From Bugula neritina (lineage: Eukaryota; Animalia; Bryozoa), in the NCBI GenBank assembly GCA_964035545.1, contig OZ037769.1:13298633-13362632 (forward strand): a stretch of 64,000 nucleotides of DNA. The letters run 5' to 3'. Numbering within the stretch: the first letter of the stretch is position 1; the number at the start of each line of letters is the position of its first letter. The position numbers and the translations under genes were made by a program. Positions 32,888-46,700 of this stretch are shown here, in pieces. The notes under the pieces were generated by a model, which saw only the letters and a list, made by a program, of their open reading frames with translations, was not told the origin of the DNA and searched no databases.

Positions 32888-35800
32888 AATGGATGTCAAA
32901 CTAGTTTTTACATTTTTCCTCATTGCATGCACTTTTGAAAAGTTCAGATGCTTATAGTTTTAGAGCAGAGCACTTTTTATTTAATATTAGAGGAGTGCAC
33001 TTCACCTAGTAACAGCAACTCCAATATTGAAAAGCTCATGCGTGTTGTAGAGCATGGCAATATCCAGCTAAGATGTTGCACCTATTCTATTTCAACTGTT
33101 ACATTTTTGTTTTTATAGTACTATATTGCAACATTTTTCTAGGGTAAATCCATGTACTTGCGCGTATGCATGCATAAAACTCAAAATTATCAACTAAGTT
33201 TCCTTCATTTCCAACAGATTGATCTGTCTGTTTGTAATACTGTTGTAGTTTTGTGCACTACTAGATTAGGTGTTATTGTGTGCTGGTAATTACTGCATAT
33301 CCACTGTGAGGTTATATGAAGAACCGAACAAGTTGATCATGGAACGAGAGAACTGTATATTGAATCAATTACACACGATAAAATTAGTATACAATATATA
33401 AAAGAAAGATATAACAATAGTCAAAGCAATTGCATATGGTTAACCTAGTAGCTACTAGCACTGTCCGAGACTGGCTGTGAGACGCCGGGAAGCGTTATTT
33501 ATATACATGGAGTCGTTCCTGATTGTACGACACAAGATTCCGGCGGTGTCGTCCGCAGTTGCTGGCGGTGTCGCCCGTGGTCACTAATATGGCACTGCAT
33601 GGAGATGCGGCATGACTTGGAGTTGCCGTTCCTGACCATAATCTATTGAGTTAAGTTTAGCAGGAGGTACTGCAAGGTGTACATCTACTAGCCATTACAA
33701 TACCACATTACTATAGCTTGTTTTCCTCCCCCCCCCCAAAATATTATGTAAATAATAATGACATTTAGAAGCTTATTTCCAACAACATGTACTAAACCCA
33801 AACATACTGTATTTTCAATAATGTTCTGTTATTGCCATATTCATATAACAAAACAACATTTTAGATTATAAAAATTATATATGGAAAAAACATTGATTAG
33901 TGGCCAGGGTGTCATCAATTACACCAGACGCTGGTGCTTTACACCATGCATACCAGAGATGTCCACTTGTAAGCCTAAGTTGATTTGGTTAGTTTGCCTT
34001 TTCTATTTTCTAGTACACTTATATAATTAGAACAGGCAGTTTGGCAAATAACAATATAATTTAATTACTTCTAATAGCTGCAATTCGTGAAGCTTCTTCA
34101 GTGACCAGTATTCAAACTTTTGATCAAGTGAAGCCTTTCAAAAATATTTGAAATTATATACAGTCTTGTGCAAAAATTCTTTGGTGAACTGGTTAATTGA
34201 CAGCTTTGGTCACCGAACTGAAACTATAACTATAAGTTCAATGGCTTTGGTCACCCCTTTACTTCACTCTTCTACTTTCTTGGGTTTGAAAGATTAGTAA
34301 TTGGTTATTGTCTACTCATGTCACATTAGTTCTGCTATTGAAGACATAACCAATGACGAATAATGCGCGTAACCATATCCTGTAATTGACTAACCTGGTA
34401 GTCGGTTTATTTCACTTCTATCAAGAGTTTCATTGAAATCACGCTGAGCTATACTTGGTTAAATTATCAATTAATTATAATTGCTCTGAGTTGTTTCTCA
34501 CCGTGAGTCTATTATTGAATATTAAAAGACACACAAAACGTGTTTTGCATGTATGTTTCTCTTTACTTATAAGTTATATGTAACAGTAAAAATTATAAAT
34601 AAAATCATAATTAATATTAATTATTATCATAATAAAATAATAATTATAATATTATTAATATTTATTATTTAACTTTTATAATTATATTATTAAGATTATT
34701 AATATAAATATTTATAATCAATTCAATAAAAATAATCTAAACAAAATATTAAATATAGCTTAATATAAATAATAATTTTTTTAATATCAATATCAATACA
34801 GAATGAGAATATGTTCATGTTCATGTTCATGTTCCTGTTGATCATTGATTTGGAAGTTGATGTTAAATTAATTATCAAGTTTAGTTATAATATATTTATA
34901 ATGATAGTTTTCAATGTATTACTTTCACTATTAGTAATAATTTAATTGATACTGATAGTGATAGTCACTAGACTTAGTCATATTGAATTTGATATTGATG
35001 TTGAATTTGATTATATTCACCCACTAGACCTAGTCACTTCAACTTCTTACTCATAATGTTAATCTTAATTATAGTTAAAATGATAATATTAATATAATTC
35101 TAATAGTAATTAATTAAATAGTTATAAATCAAAATGCTTGTAGTTCAATTTATAATATCAAAATGATATTCATTTAATTTCATTAAAACTAAAGTGAAAG
35201 TGGTTTATCTTTAGACTTACTCCTAGTGGTGAATATGATACTGTTATTGAATTATGATATTGTATTCTTATTGCATTTAATATTATTTTAATATACTTCA
35301 ACTGCAACTTGTACTTATAGTTATTAGTTATTAGTGATAGTTATGCTAATACTTATAGTTATTATTTATAGTTATTGCTCATTTAGTGCTAATAGTAATA
35401 GCGATACTAATAGTAATACTTCGCCGATTAATATTAGTATTAGTATCACTACTACTATTGGCATTGTTATATTACCATTAGTATTACTCTATGAGTATGA
35501 CTATTTGTATTACTGTATTTCTATGAGTATAACTGTCACTCAGACTGTCAATATAAGTATGAGTATCTGTATTGTTATTGCTAGTATTACTATTGTTATT
35601 GTAGTTTAAAATTGTTTGATTTGATAACACTAATTTACTAATGCTATTACTATTAATATTAGTATAGAACTTATGTGTGACAGTAATATCACTATTTTGT
35701 CAATACTAACAGTAATACTAATAACTAAAGTCATGTCTTAATAATAAATTCAATATAAAATGATAATTATTAACTCTATAAGTTATTAATAATATTATTA

Positions 35801-37734
35801 TTCTTATTATTTATACAGTTTACAGTATTTGAAGGTCTAACAGATTACCAGTTATTGAGTTAGTATGACTATATAAGTTAGTTATCATTATGATGATTAT
35901 AATGATACTTGTATTGATATGCTAATGTTATATCGATAGTTTTAGTTATAGCTACAGTTGATAAAAATAATTCATAGTTGTAAAATTAGATTATCTCCAA
36001 GATTAACGTAATAGAGTAATACTAATTGAAATGTTGTTAATGTTTATTTTTTAATATAAGTGAAAGCCTAATTTATTGTAATTTTTAAAAGTAAGTATAG
36101 TTGAACTAGATTTCAATTTAAACTGTGAAAAGGATTCTGATTTTTTAACTAATTTTGGAGAAAAGTTTCTCCTTTTGGCTGTTGATTGTCAACATTTTAA
36201 ATCTAAATTTGTTTTGAGTTTTGTGTAGTTTTGTTAAAATATCTACTCATACTGTTAGTGCAGTTGTTATATTTTTACTAATTACTATTTAAACTTAGAG
36301 AGTTGCTATTACCCATAAAGAATAGTTTCTATAAAAATAATTTAATGGTAATACATTACTGAGAATGTGAGCAATTTGTAACGTAGCATGACTATCTTAA
36401 CTTTATTTCCTACTGTTTTTCTAAAGGTTTCCAATTGTAGTAGGAGAGTTCTATTTGTTATGTTTTTCAATATAGGACTTTATTAAAATTATGCAGTTTA
36501 GTGAGTACTTTACAATTTTATCAGTACTACTATCTGATGAATAATGTAGGTTAATAATTGAGAGTGATAGTTGCTTTGCTTGTCTCAGGTGACATGTAAC
36601 TGATAAAATTACATGCATTTGAATGTAAATTGCCACCCATAAATCACATTCACTAAACTTGAAATCCCATAAACTTCTTGACCAATAAATTTAATGCTGT
36701 TTGTGAGTAGATGCAAAGAACGCCATGCTACCTGAAAAAGTTTGATCTTTGTAGGCGGTAGCATTAATCATTATTTCTTTCTATTTGGATGCAAATGTTA
36801 CAAAATTTAAATATAGATAATTTCATAGTGAAAGTATATTTTTTCATCAATTTTTATGAGAAGCCCTGTTCATTAAACTATGCATAGTTCCTTGAGTTTT
36901 TATATATGTGGCCTGCACTAAATACTTGCCATTTGCATATTTGATAGATTAACACATTAATCTGGCTGGTGATGCATCTACTTCACCTCAACACAGCTTG
37001 CGTAGCAACATGCCACTTGCGCCAGGGTGCGTGGTTACCATGGTTACCAATGGTTATTTTTAAGAAATATTGGCTCATCATTCACTATGTTTTTAGGAAT
37101 TCAGGTCTAATCTGTGGACAAGTGATTTACATCTCGTGTGTTGAGCATCTGCTATTCACCATTGAGGAGTAGTAGCTTAGTAACAATGGTATCACACCTT
37201 CATCTATAACAACCGAATCGTCTTTCATTCACATTGTCTTGCGCTACTCACTCAATACTTTCTCTCAGTTACACATAAGGTGAGTTGTGTATTGACTGTT
37301 TCAGGATGTAACTTGGGCAATCTATGAAATTGATTAATGTGAAATCAGAGAGTGTTCCTTGTCGATTTGAGAACTTTTTATGCTACTAAATATTTCATGT
37401 AGTAAGTATTTGAAAATGTTCAAGTATTCAAGCGTAGACTTTCAATTCTCTAGGGGTTTTAGATAGATTAACTAATGTTTTACTCAAATAATGAATCCCA
37501 TAATTTTATACATACAGTTATGCCAACTTTCATTGCAGTTTTCACCCGAAGTAACTGTGTGTTCTTCTATACTGCTTGAATTTTCTTATGTTGTTAATTT
37601 AACTTAGTTTATCTAGCTTTCTCTAGCTAAACTCAAGTTTATGATAGGTCAATCCACTGCAGTTGGTAATGTCTTGGCATTGACTCAACAAACCCCATGG
37701 ACTATATTTGTAGGTATACAACTATCTCATCAAC

Positions 37735-40700
37735 ATGGCGGGTATGGGTAAAGTTAAAGCTCTGCAAATATGGTGCAAGAATCGAGTGATGGGGTATAGA
37801 GACGTGGAGATTACAAACATGACGACGTCGTGGCGAGATGGGCTAGCTTTCTGCGCTCTTATTCATAAATTTCGGCCAGATCTAATGTAAGCATACAGCC
37901 TGATTCTGTAGTAAATATGTGCAGGGGACTGCAAACCTGAGCTATTTATAGACTCGTAATATGAGCCCATAGGTGTGTTGTGTGAAATCATTCTCCAAAA
38001 ATTCAACAGACAGACAATGTTCAACATCTATTTCAATGTGCCAAACCCAAACAAATAAATATAACTTCAAAGATCATGCAATTTGTTACATTGTTGTGAG
38101 CCATGTGGTTGATAGAGTTTGCTTAACTAGCTCTAAGGCAATTGGGTTGCTACTTGGGCACAACAAAAGGCCACAACCTTGTCGGAAATTTATGTATTGT
38201 TGGGAGAAAATATGAATGGACAGTCATTTGTTATTCACGATTGGTGTTGATATGAGCCATGCTATTATACAGAGCATAGCTTTTGACCTTTTATCATTGG
38301 TCACCGAAGTGTGAGGGGGTACCTCTTCGTTCCGTAACTGCAATAAACTGTTATAGATGTTTTTGAAACTAGGGCTTGTTTTTTATAATCCAGCATTATG
38401 TAAAACACAATAGTGAATGCCCGTCATGCAATGTGTTATTCAACCCTGGCGTTTATGTGAATCATTTGCTGAACAGCTTTCTAGAGTGAAATATTTTGAT
38501 TCAGAGTGGTGATTGCAAACGAAACCCTTCATTTCCTGGTTTTATTAAAAATAGAATTTGAAATTGTCCTTTCACCTGTGCCAACCGATTCCTAGCAATA
38601 ACAACGCCTTCTGTAAATCTGAAGTAAATTTATTTTGTAAATATATAACAACTAGCTGAATCGTTTTAAAATTTGCTGTGATGGAGGAAAATTATATGGG
38701 ATGTTATTTCAATCAGAAATTTTGAAATAATTGAAGACTTCTGGGAATTTTGAATGGCTTCGTTGAGTTTAAATTGTGACCTCATAGAAATATGTTGAAA
38801 GATCTGTTATTTATAAACACCATTTCAACTCTGGCACCACTGTAACTGTGAGTAGGTATTATTGTAACTGTGAGCTAGTACTACTGTAACTGTGAGTAAA
38901 TACTATTGTAACTGTGAGTAAATACTATTGTAACTGTGAGTAGGTATTATTGTAACTGTGAGCTAGTGCTACTGTAACTGTGAGTAGGTATTATTGTAAC
39001 TGTGAGCTAGTACTACTGTAACTGTGAGTAAATACTATTGTAACTGTGAGTAAATACTATTGTAACTGTGAGTAGGTATTATTGTAACTGTGAGCTAGTG
39101 CTACTGTAACTGTGAGTAGTTATTATTGTAACTGTGAGCTAGTGCTACTGTAACTGTGAGTAGGTATTATTGTAACTGTGAGCTAGTGCTACTGTAACTG
39201 TGAGTAGGTACTATTGTAACTGTGAGCTAGTGCTACTGTAACTGTGAGCAGGTATTATTGTAACTGTGAGCTAGTGCTACTGTAACTGTGAGTAAATACT
39301 ATTGTAACTGTGAGCTAGTGCTACTGTAACTGTGAGTAAATACTATTGTAACTGTGAGCTAGTGCTACTGTAACTGTGAGTAAATACTATTGTAACTGTG
39401 AGCTAGTGCTACTGTAACTGTGAGTAAATACTATTGTAACTGTGAGCTAGTGCTACTGTAACTGTGAGTAAATACTATTGTAACTGTGAGCTAGTGCTAC
39501 TGTAACTGTGAGTAAATACTATTGTAACTGTGAGCTAGTGCTACTGTAACTGTGAGTAAATACTATTGTAACTGTGAGCTAGTGCTACTGTAACTGTGAG
39601 TAAATACTATTGTAACTGTGAGTAAATACTATTGTAACTGTGAGTAGGTACTACTTTGACTGAGCTAGAGTGGCTGATTGTAGCCAGTGCTGTTTGCACT
39701 CTGTCTCAACTACAGCATACTAATATTATCCAATAGCTGTGGAAGTACTAAACTTCCGGCATTCAGTTACCTAGTGATGTCAATGTTTACACCAGTGTGT
39801 GGTAGTTGAGGTGAAGACGTAACTGATTTGTGGTGTGCAGAGTTTTGTGTTGGGAATATCAGGTAAATTGTGGCAGCAACATTCATATATGGGAATATTC
39901 ATCATCTGTGTGTTCTACTGTTACCGTGCCCCACCTGCTCACTTATCTTCATAATGCTGGTGCTACATTATACCTGCCCTTACCTGCTCCCACTTGCACG
40001 TTGCTGTCATTAGTTGCTATCTTTTTCTTGTGATGTTAGCATATTATATTCACAGGGAATGTTTTTGAAATAATTCTACTGGTATAAGATTACAAAGGCT
40101 AACGTATTCTGCTTTATCTATCATCAGAATACTGGTCTACTGACAGTGTATAGTCATTATATTCTTCTGACTTGTATTATGCTTTGTGTTATATATTATA
40201 TTACATCATGTTATAAGATATGGTGTTATGTTTTGTATTGTAGAGATTTTGATTCCCTCTCAAAGGAGAATGTCTTGGAGAACAATGAACTGGTATGTAG
40301 TACCCTACTTCTATTATCCCTTCTTTACTCCAATGAGTCAGTCACTTATTATACTCTTTTCTACTGAAGAATTTAGATATTCTAATGTCGTTTTCTTGAA
40401 GTAGCAATAATTGGGTTTTCATTTTGGCATGGACAACTAGCACATATACTTATTATTCTCCAGCTGCATTATTTTTGGCACTAATTCTTGAACAGTTTAT
40501 GTAATTTGCGTCATTTTCTGGAAAAAAATGTGTAGCTCGATTTTCTTTCATAAGAAGAGAAGCTACTGTGTAACTTGGAAGGAGGTGGGAGGTCTATTCT
40601 CAATTTGAAAGAGGATTCGAGGGTTGTAAGTTATAAGACACGCCCATCTCCTACAATTTTAGGTTGCAAGTAGCTACTCCATTTGAACTTTTCTTTGTAG

Positions 40701-43700
40701 CTTTCCTGTTGACTGCCTTCGTACATCTCTCCTATTATATTATTATACTAAACTCAAGGGAGTTATAATATTATGTTATAGTGTTAGGCATATACAATGC
40801 TCCATCCATATCTCAGAGTTCCATTTCTCATGAAATTTCTAAAGGTGACGAGAAGGGCGTGGACCCCCCCCCTCCCGTTTTGTGGCTTATTTATGTGTGT
40901 ATGGGCAAAATAGCTGAATTTAGCGGATGTGTGAGTTAAATCCGGTATTTTACTATGTCACGAATTGAGGTTTTGGGACCAGCAGCTTAATGAGATATGG
41001 AGGGAGCACTGTATTTGTTATAATACTATGATATTATTATGTTGTATATATATACACGGCAATGAGCTGTCCAAGGGTTCTCAGTGACATCTTATAGAGT
41101 AAACCCTGATGTCTTTGCTAGGCGTTTGAGGTGGCTGAAGGGTTGGGAGTCCCGGCGTTACTTGACGCCGAGGACATGGTTAGACTGGAGACTCCGGATA
41201 AGCTCAGCATCATCACCTATGTGGCCCAGCTTCACAACTGCTTCAAGGAGATGGAGCCAGGTAATGCTCTTTCATACCTTCTACCTGCTTCTCTACTCAA
41301 GTGTTCTGATAGGTGGCTCATAGAAACTTGTGAGTTTATAAACTTTCATTTGATATGGTACACTGCGCCGACATGCTTCCAATTCAACACATGTGGACAG
41401 TGTCAATCGAATAAGTTAACGCAACCACAAATCCAGGATTGGTTCAAAATTTAAGAGCAGTAGTGGAGAAATTGAGATAGCCTAAGTTCTTTAAATTTCT
41501 GTATAAGTTTTGGTTTGGGGCGCGGGTTAAAATTCTTGTGACAACACAACTTCTTTTGCTTCATTTCTAATATAGAACACAGGCTTTTCTCAATTTCTCC
41601 ATTACTGCACCTACCTCAGATTCGAAGAACGGTACCATGGTGAAGTTTGGTCAACATTTCAAAGATGGCAGATATTCTAGTTATCAGATTGAGCTTAAAG
41701 ATATGCGATCTCGGGTCTGACCTGCACTGTTGGCAGACCATTTCAGAGTATTTACCTAGCAATGAATTGTGGGTAGGTTTGGTTCCGGAACGAGTTTGTA
41801 ATGTTAACCTTCAACTCTACAATTATTTGATTGCTGTCAGAATGAGACCTTGTTTCCAATGCTGCCGAAACTATGACACGGAATATAATATATTGTTATT
41901 GTTGGTTATAGTAGTTCTAGGATTGACACTTTCAGTAGTAATAGCTCCAGCTTTTCTTCCCATCAAAGTAACCATTCAGTAGTGCACCATTTTTTAACAT
42001 TTGGCTCTCGCTTCATCTCCCACTAGACTCCAGTGACTAGAGCCTAGATAATTGCATTTTATACTCAATTAACTGATTTGTTGAGGTTAGATTCAAATAG
42101 ATTCCAAAATGCAACAAAATTAGATAAAAGGAAACTTGATGCTGCATCCAAACAAAGTAATTGTTGTGTTTGTGGCCAGCTGCAGCTGACAATGTGATTG
42201 TGTATCAAATGGATCAGTTGTTTTGTGGGGAGGGAATGGGAGGAATAGGTTTTGAGAAGGTGGGGGGTACTACAATGTCTTTCCATGACTCCCCTTCTTA
42301 TCCACCACATTTGCGTTCCCTCCACTCATACCCCTCGTTTGCTCCATCACTGCGCTCTATTTGTCCCTCTCTGTATCACCATTCGTTTGTCCTCAAACTC
42401 TCAGCGTATTGTTTATTCCAGCTAGACTCTGGATGCACAGTATCGATTCCCACATGATGATTTCTTGTCATGTGCAATGGCATCTTATTCTTAGTTCTGG
42501 CATTCCTAACCCTCTAAGATGACGTCTGTTATGGTTTCAGCATTCTGAACTCCGTATAATCGTTTGCCCGTTCCCATGGCAACCAGCATTTCTCTGCGCA
42601 GAGCATTGCAAAGTCAAGCTTCACCATATTCTACTTGCCAGTCACTTGAAGATGCTAATAGTTTCCTCTATCTTGGAGTGTTACTGTCCTTATTTCTTAT
42701 TCCTGCATGCATAATACTATTCCTCGGGAATGGCTGATAGCTGCCTGTGATAGATTGCCATTTGTTTGGGGGGGGGGTTGGGGGGCTCCAGACTTTTCAT
42801 GAACCCCTGACTGATGAACTCCAGTTATATTTGGCTGTGGAAGCATTCTTAGACTGTTGGCTATTTTTGCTTTCTTTGCAGGTGAACAATAAAATGTCCC
42901 ATTGTTTGCACAGCAGTCAAACATGCTTTCTATTGGAGTCAAACAAAATACATTCACACCACTCTTACTAATTGAATGAACAAGTTTTTATTTATTAATC
43001 AATTAGGGGTCTAATATACCCATGCTTTAGCTACAGTCAGACTGAGTACAATGGCTGTTGCTCACGAGGAATCCCTGCTATTCCATTTCAGCTCTGCTTG
43101 ACTTGATTTTATGCATACCGAATTTAAGCTCCTCTAGACTGTTTTGAAGCAGAATTAGAAAAATTAGTCTTTTTGTAGTACATGTTTTTAAAAAGAGATT
43201 TAAATTCCTAAGCTAATGATTATTTGACAAAATATTGTGCAACGTATTTCATCAATCATTGTGAATTCTGGGAGACATAGAAATGGTGACCAGCTATTGC
43301 AGACTGTGAAGAGCTCAGTTAAAACGCTTTGATTTGTCATACAAAAAATCCCCACTTTACTTTGTTTTCCATGCAACCGTGAGTGATGCGTAGTACTAGT
43401 GATGACTCCATGAAGCATTGCCTAACTTAGCCAGTATTTGCACCACTCTCACTGAATTACTATATGCTTTCTTGTTGATGTCAAAGTATTGATGAACTGT
43501 GCTAGCAGCTGATCATGTGACTTCTGATCATGTGACATCTGATCATGTGACTTCTGATCATGTGACATGTCATGTGACTTCTAATCACGTGACATGTCAT
43601 GTGACAGCTAGTCATATGACTCCTGGTCATATGACTTCTGGCCATCTCTTCAAGTTTGCTGTATAGCTATTTACCTGCTTGTAGCTGGAGGTCCCGGTGT

Positions 43701-46700
43701 GAAGACAGCGGCCCCCAAGAGACACTCTACTCCCGTGCAACGTTCTGTCACCATGCGTAGTCCTGAGTCTAAAAGGAAGCCAGTCCTGTCTGCTAACAAG
43801 AAAGAAGATTCTGGATCAGTGAGTCACATTTCTTCCTCAAATGAGATTTTAGACTCGAGAGTACTGATCACGTAGTTCTGGACATGCTTCTTATTTATAC
43901 AGTTCAGTGTTGGTGTGCTTGTCTGTTAAAAGTGTGTGTAGGGGGTTTAGAGGAAGTGTGTGTTGTAAGGAGTGGAGAAGAAGTATGTAATGGAAGGGTT
44001 TTGAGGAGGAGCGTGTAGTATAGAGGGTCTTGGGAGCCTGTGTGTTGAGGGAATGTGTATAGTTAGAAGTTTAGAGGAAATATGTAATGATGTAAAGAGG
44101 TCCGAGAGAGTTTGTAGCATAGGGGGATCTATAAGGGACCCTGTGTATAGCTGGGAGTTACTATAAGTTTAGAGGAGATATGTATATGTAATGCATGGGG
44201 TTTAGGGAGAGTTTAGTTAAGTGGTGGTTACAGGCTTACAGCAATCAGTAAAGAGAGTGTTGATGCAGGGGGTGTATAGTCAAGGGGTGGAGAAGAAGTG
44301 TGTATAGTTAAGGGGGTAGAATGAAAGTGTGTATAGTTAAGGGGATGGAGTGGAAGTGTGTATAGTTAGGGGGAGGTTACATAACTGTTCTCTTGCTTGT
44401 AGCTGAGCCCTGGAGGGGACATCTGCGAGGCGTGTGATGGTAAAGTATACATCATTGAGAAACATATAGCAGACGGCAAGCTGTATCACAGATCTTGTTA
44501 CAAGAGGAGCTCTCGGCCTGAGCGCCCATCCAGCGCTCTCGTCTCTTCGCAGCAAGCACCCAGTGCCCCTTCGACACCGCTACGGCCAGTCTCGCTTATT
44601 AGCAACGGGTTGAAGAAACCGTCGACATCTCTACCCAGCACTCCAAGCACTCCACCAGATTCTAGACCCGAATGGCAGCGTAAAGTGCTAGAGAAGTCAG
44701 CAAATAGAAAAAACATAGCTGGTGCTACAAATAGAACCTCTGCCCTTGACCCTGTAAATGAGAACTCTAGCTCAGTCAAGGGAGGGTCGTCAGGTGCTGC
44801 TACTAACCTCCCCAAAACAGAGGCGGAGAGAGTTCAGCTACGCTCCAAGCCAGTCGACTCTTTAAAGAAGAATCCTTTTCCGAGGGCGGTGAGTGTCGGC
44901 GTGGACCTCGATGAGAGAATCAGCAAGTTGCGGCAGCTACGCGAGTCCGCCAAGGCATCTGGTGCTAATCCTGCTGTCAGAGCTAAATTGGAGAAACTCC
45001 GAGAAAGGACTTTAGCTGGCAGCTCAAAATTAGCTATTACCGACTCCACTGATAATATGAGTAAGAATAGTGCTGATTCCACTGGCGGTACTAGTAAGAG
45101 TAGTACTACTAGTAAGAGTGGTACTGCCTCCACTAATAGTACTAGTATGAATAGTACTGCCAATGCTACTGGTGAGACTATTAGCGGTACTACTACAGAG
45201 TGGGACTCTGCCAGTACTACCGGAGTCACTAGTAGTATTGAGTCATCTAGTCAGAGTACTGTGAGTGAAAACCAGGAGGAGACTGAAGAAGTGGGTGTTC
45301 ACGATATAGAAGTCGGGAAATCCCCAACAAAATCTGAAAAAGAGGCCACGCATGCAGACAGCAGTAATAGTAATGACTCAGTAATAGAAAGTAGCACTTC
45401 AACGCAACTCTCTTCCAAGAATACAGACGATGACGTAACGTCTGAAGATGTCAAACAACCACATTCCAGCAGCGTTTCTATCTCAGTCACCGGTTCTATT
45501 CACCAAGAGTCAACAGTGCTAGCAGCTGACAGCAACCTAGTGTCTGATATATCGTCAGAATGTCAAACTGCTGGTGAAGTGAAGGCATCATTGGAGAGTG
45601 AGGCTGCAGATGTTAGTAGAACACCTTCAGTGCCGGCTTCTAAACATTCTACTAACCCCTTTGAAGAAGATGACGAAGAGGAAAGTCAACCAGCACCTAG
45701 CCAAGCTGCAGGTAAGTTGTGTAACTAAGGCGGCGATGCCTTCTTTAGCTGCAGTACGACTGATAACTGAGGCAGCAGCACTAAGATCTGTGCTAGATCT
45801 GGCGGAGATTTTCCATCTCAGATTTGCATACCCTAAATTCAGGAAGCTTTGAACTCGGTGTTGAAGTAGCCACGAGTTTCATGGCTCTTGATGTGCAGCT
45901 CACTTCCTCTCTCATGAATATTTATGAGCCTATCTCTGCGCCAACTGCATGCCATATCTAATAAGAATCTCGAGCACTTGATTTACTGCCTTCAAGTCTA
46001 GTGAAATATGTTTTTTGTTTAGCATCACAGTTTGGCAATACATCCAGTGTCATGGATATTTAAATAATCCAATTAACGTTTGTCTGCACATGTAAGTGTG
46101 GGCTGTGATTACATAACTGTTTCTTTCACTACTGCCCTTTTCTATGTCACCAAATGTATAAGTTGGTAACATCGTATATACACTACATTCCCATGCATCA
46201 AATGAAAATACCATTTGATGCATGGGGACATAGTGAAATGACTTGATTATGAGCATATCAACTGTTCCGTTAGAGTCAAGTGCCAGTAATGGCTCAGTGA
46301 GTCGCTGTCAGCGAATGGTTGATAAGAGTTTAAGTAAAAAGTAATATACTCTTCCTAGGCTAGCCAGTAGTGTTTTGTTGATTTCTAGAAAATTTCGCAC
46401 TCTATTCCTAAAATATTTTTCGTGATTTATAAATGCAAATAATTTTTCTGCACTCCACCAATCACTGATTAGCTGATTGCTGCCGTTTCTACTTAGACAC
46501 AGTGCAGCTAGGAGTCAGCTTACCTCCCCAGGCGCCGACTAGACACAAACGTAGTCCTGTTGCTAAATCTAAAGCTCATAGTCCAAGTACGGCCACTTCT
46601 AGTCCTAGTAGTAAGCCTGCAGGCTCAACACCTGTGACTGATGACACCATTTTACCTGCAAAGTCTGCCCAGAGCTCTTTGAATGTTACAGGTTAGAATG

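Noticed and set aside
33480-33680. GC-richer patch with a duplicated GGCGGTGTCG
   Set aside because: No ORF, TIR or RNA-gene signature that I can support; may be a TE fragment or UTR exon
34580-35950. Hydrophobic ORF 35334-35609 and surrounding AT-rich tract
   Set aside because: Degenerate simple-repeat, low-complexity DNA
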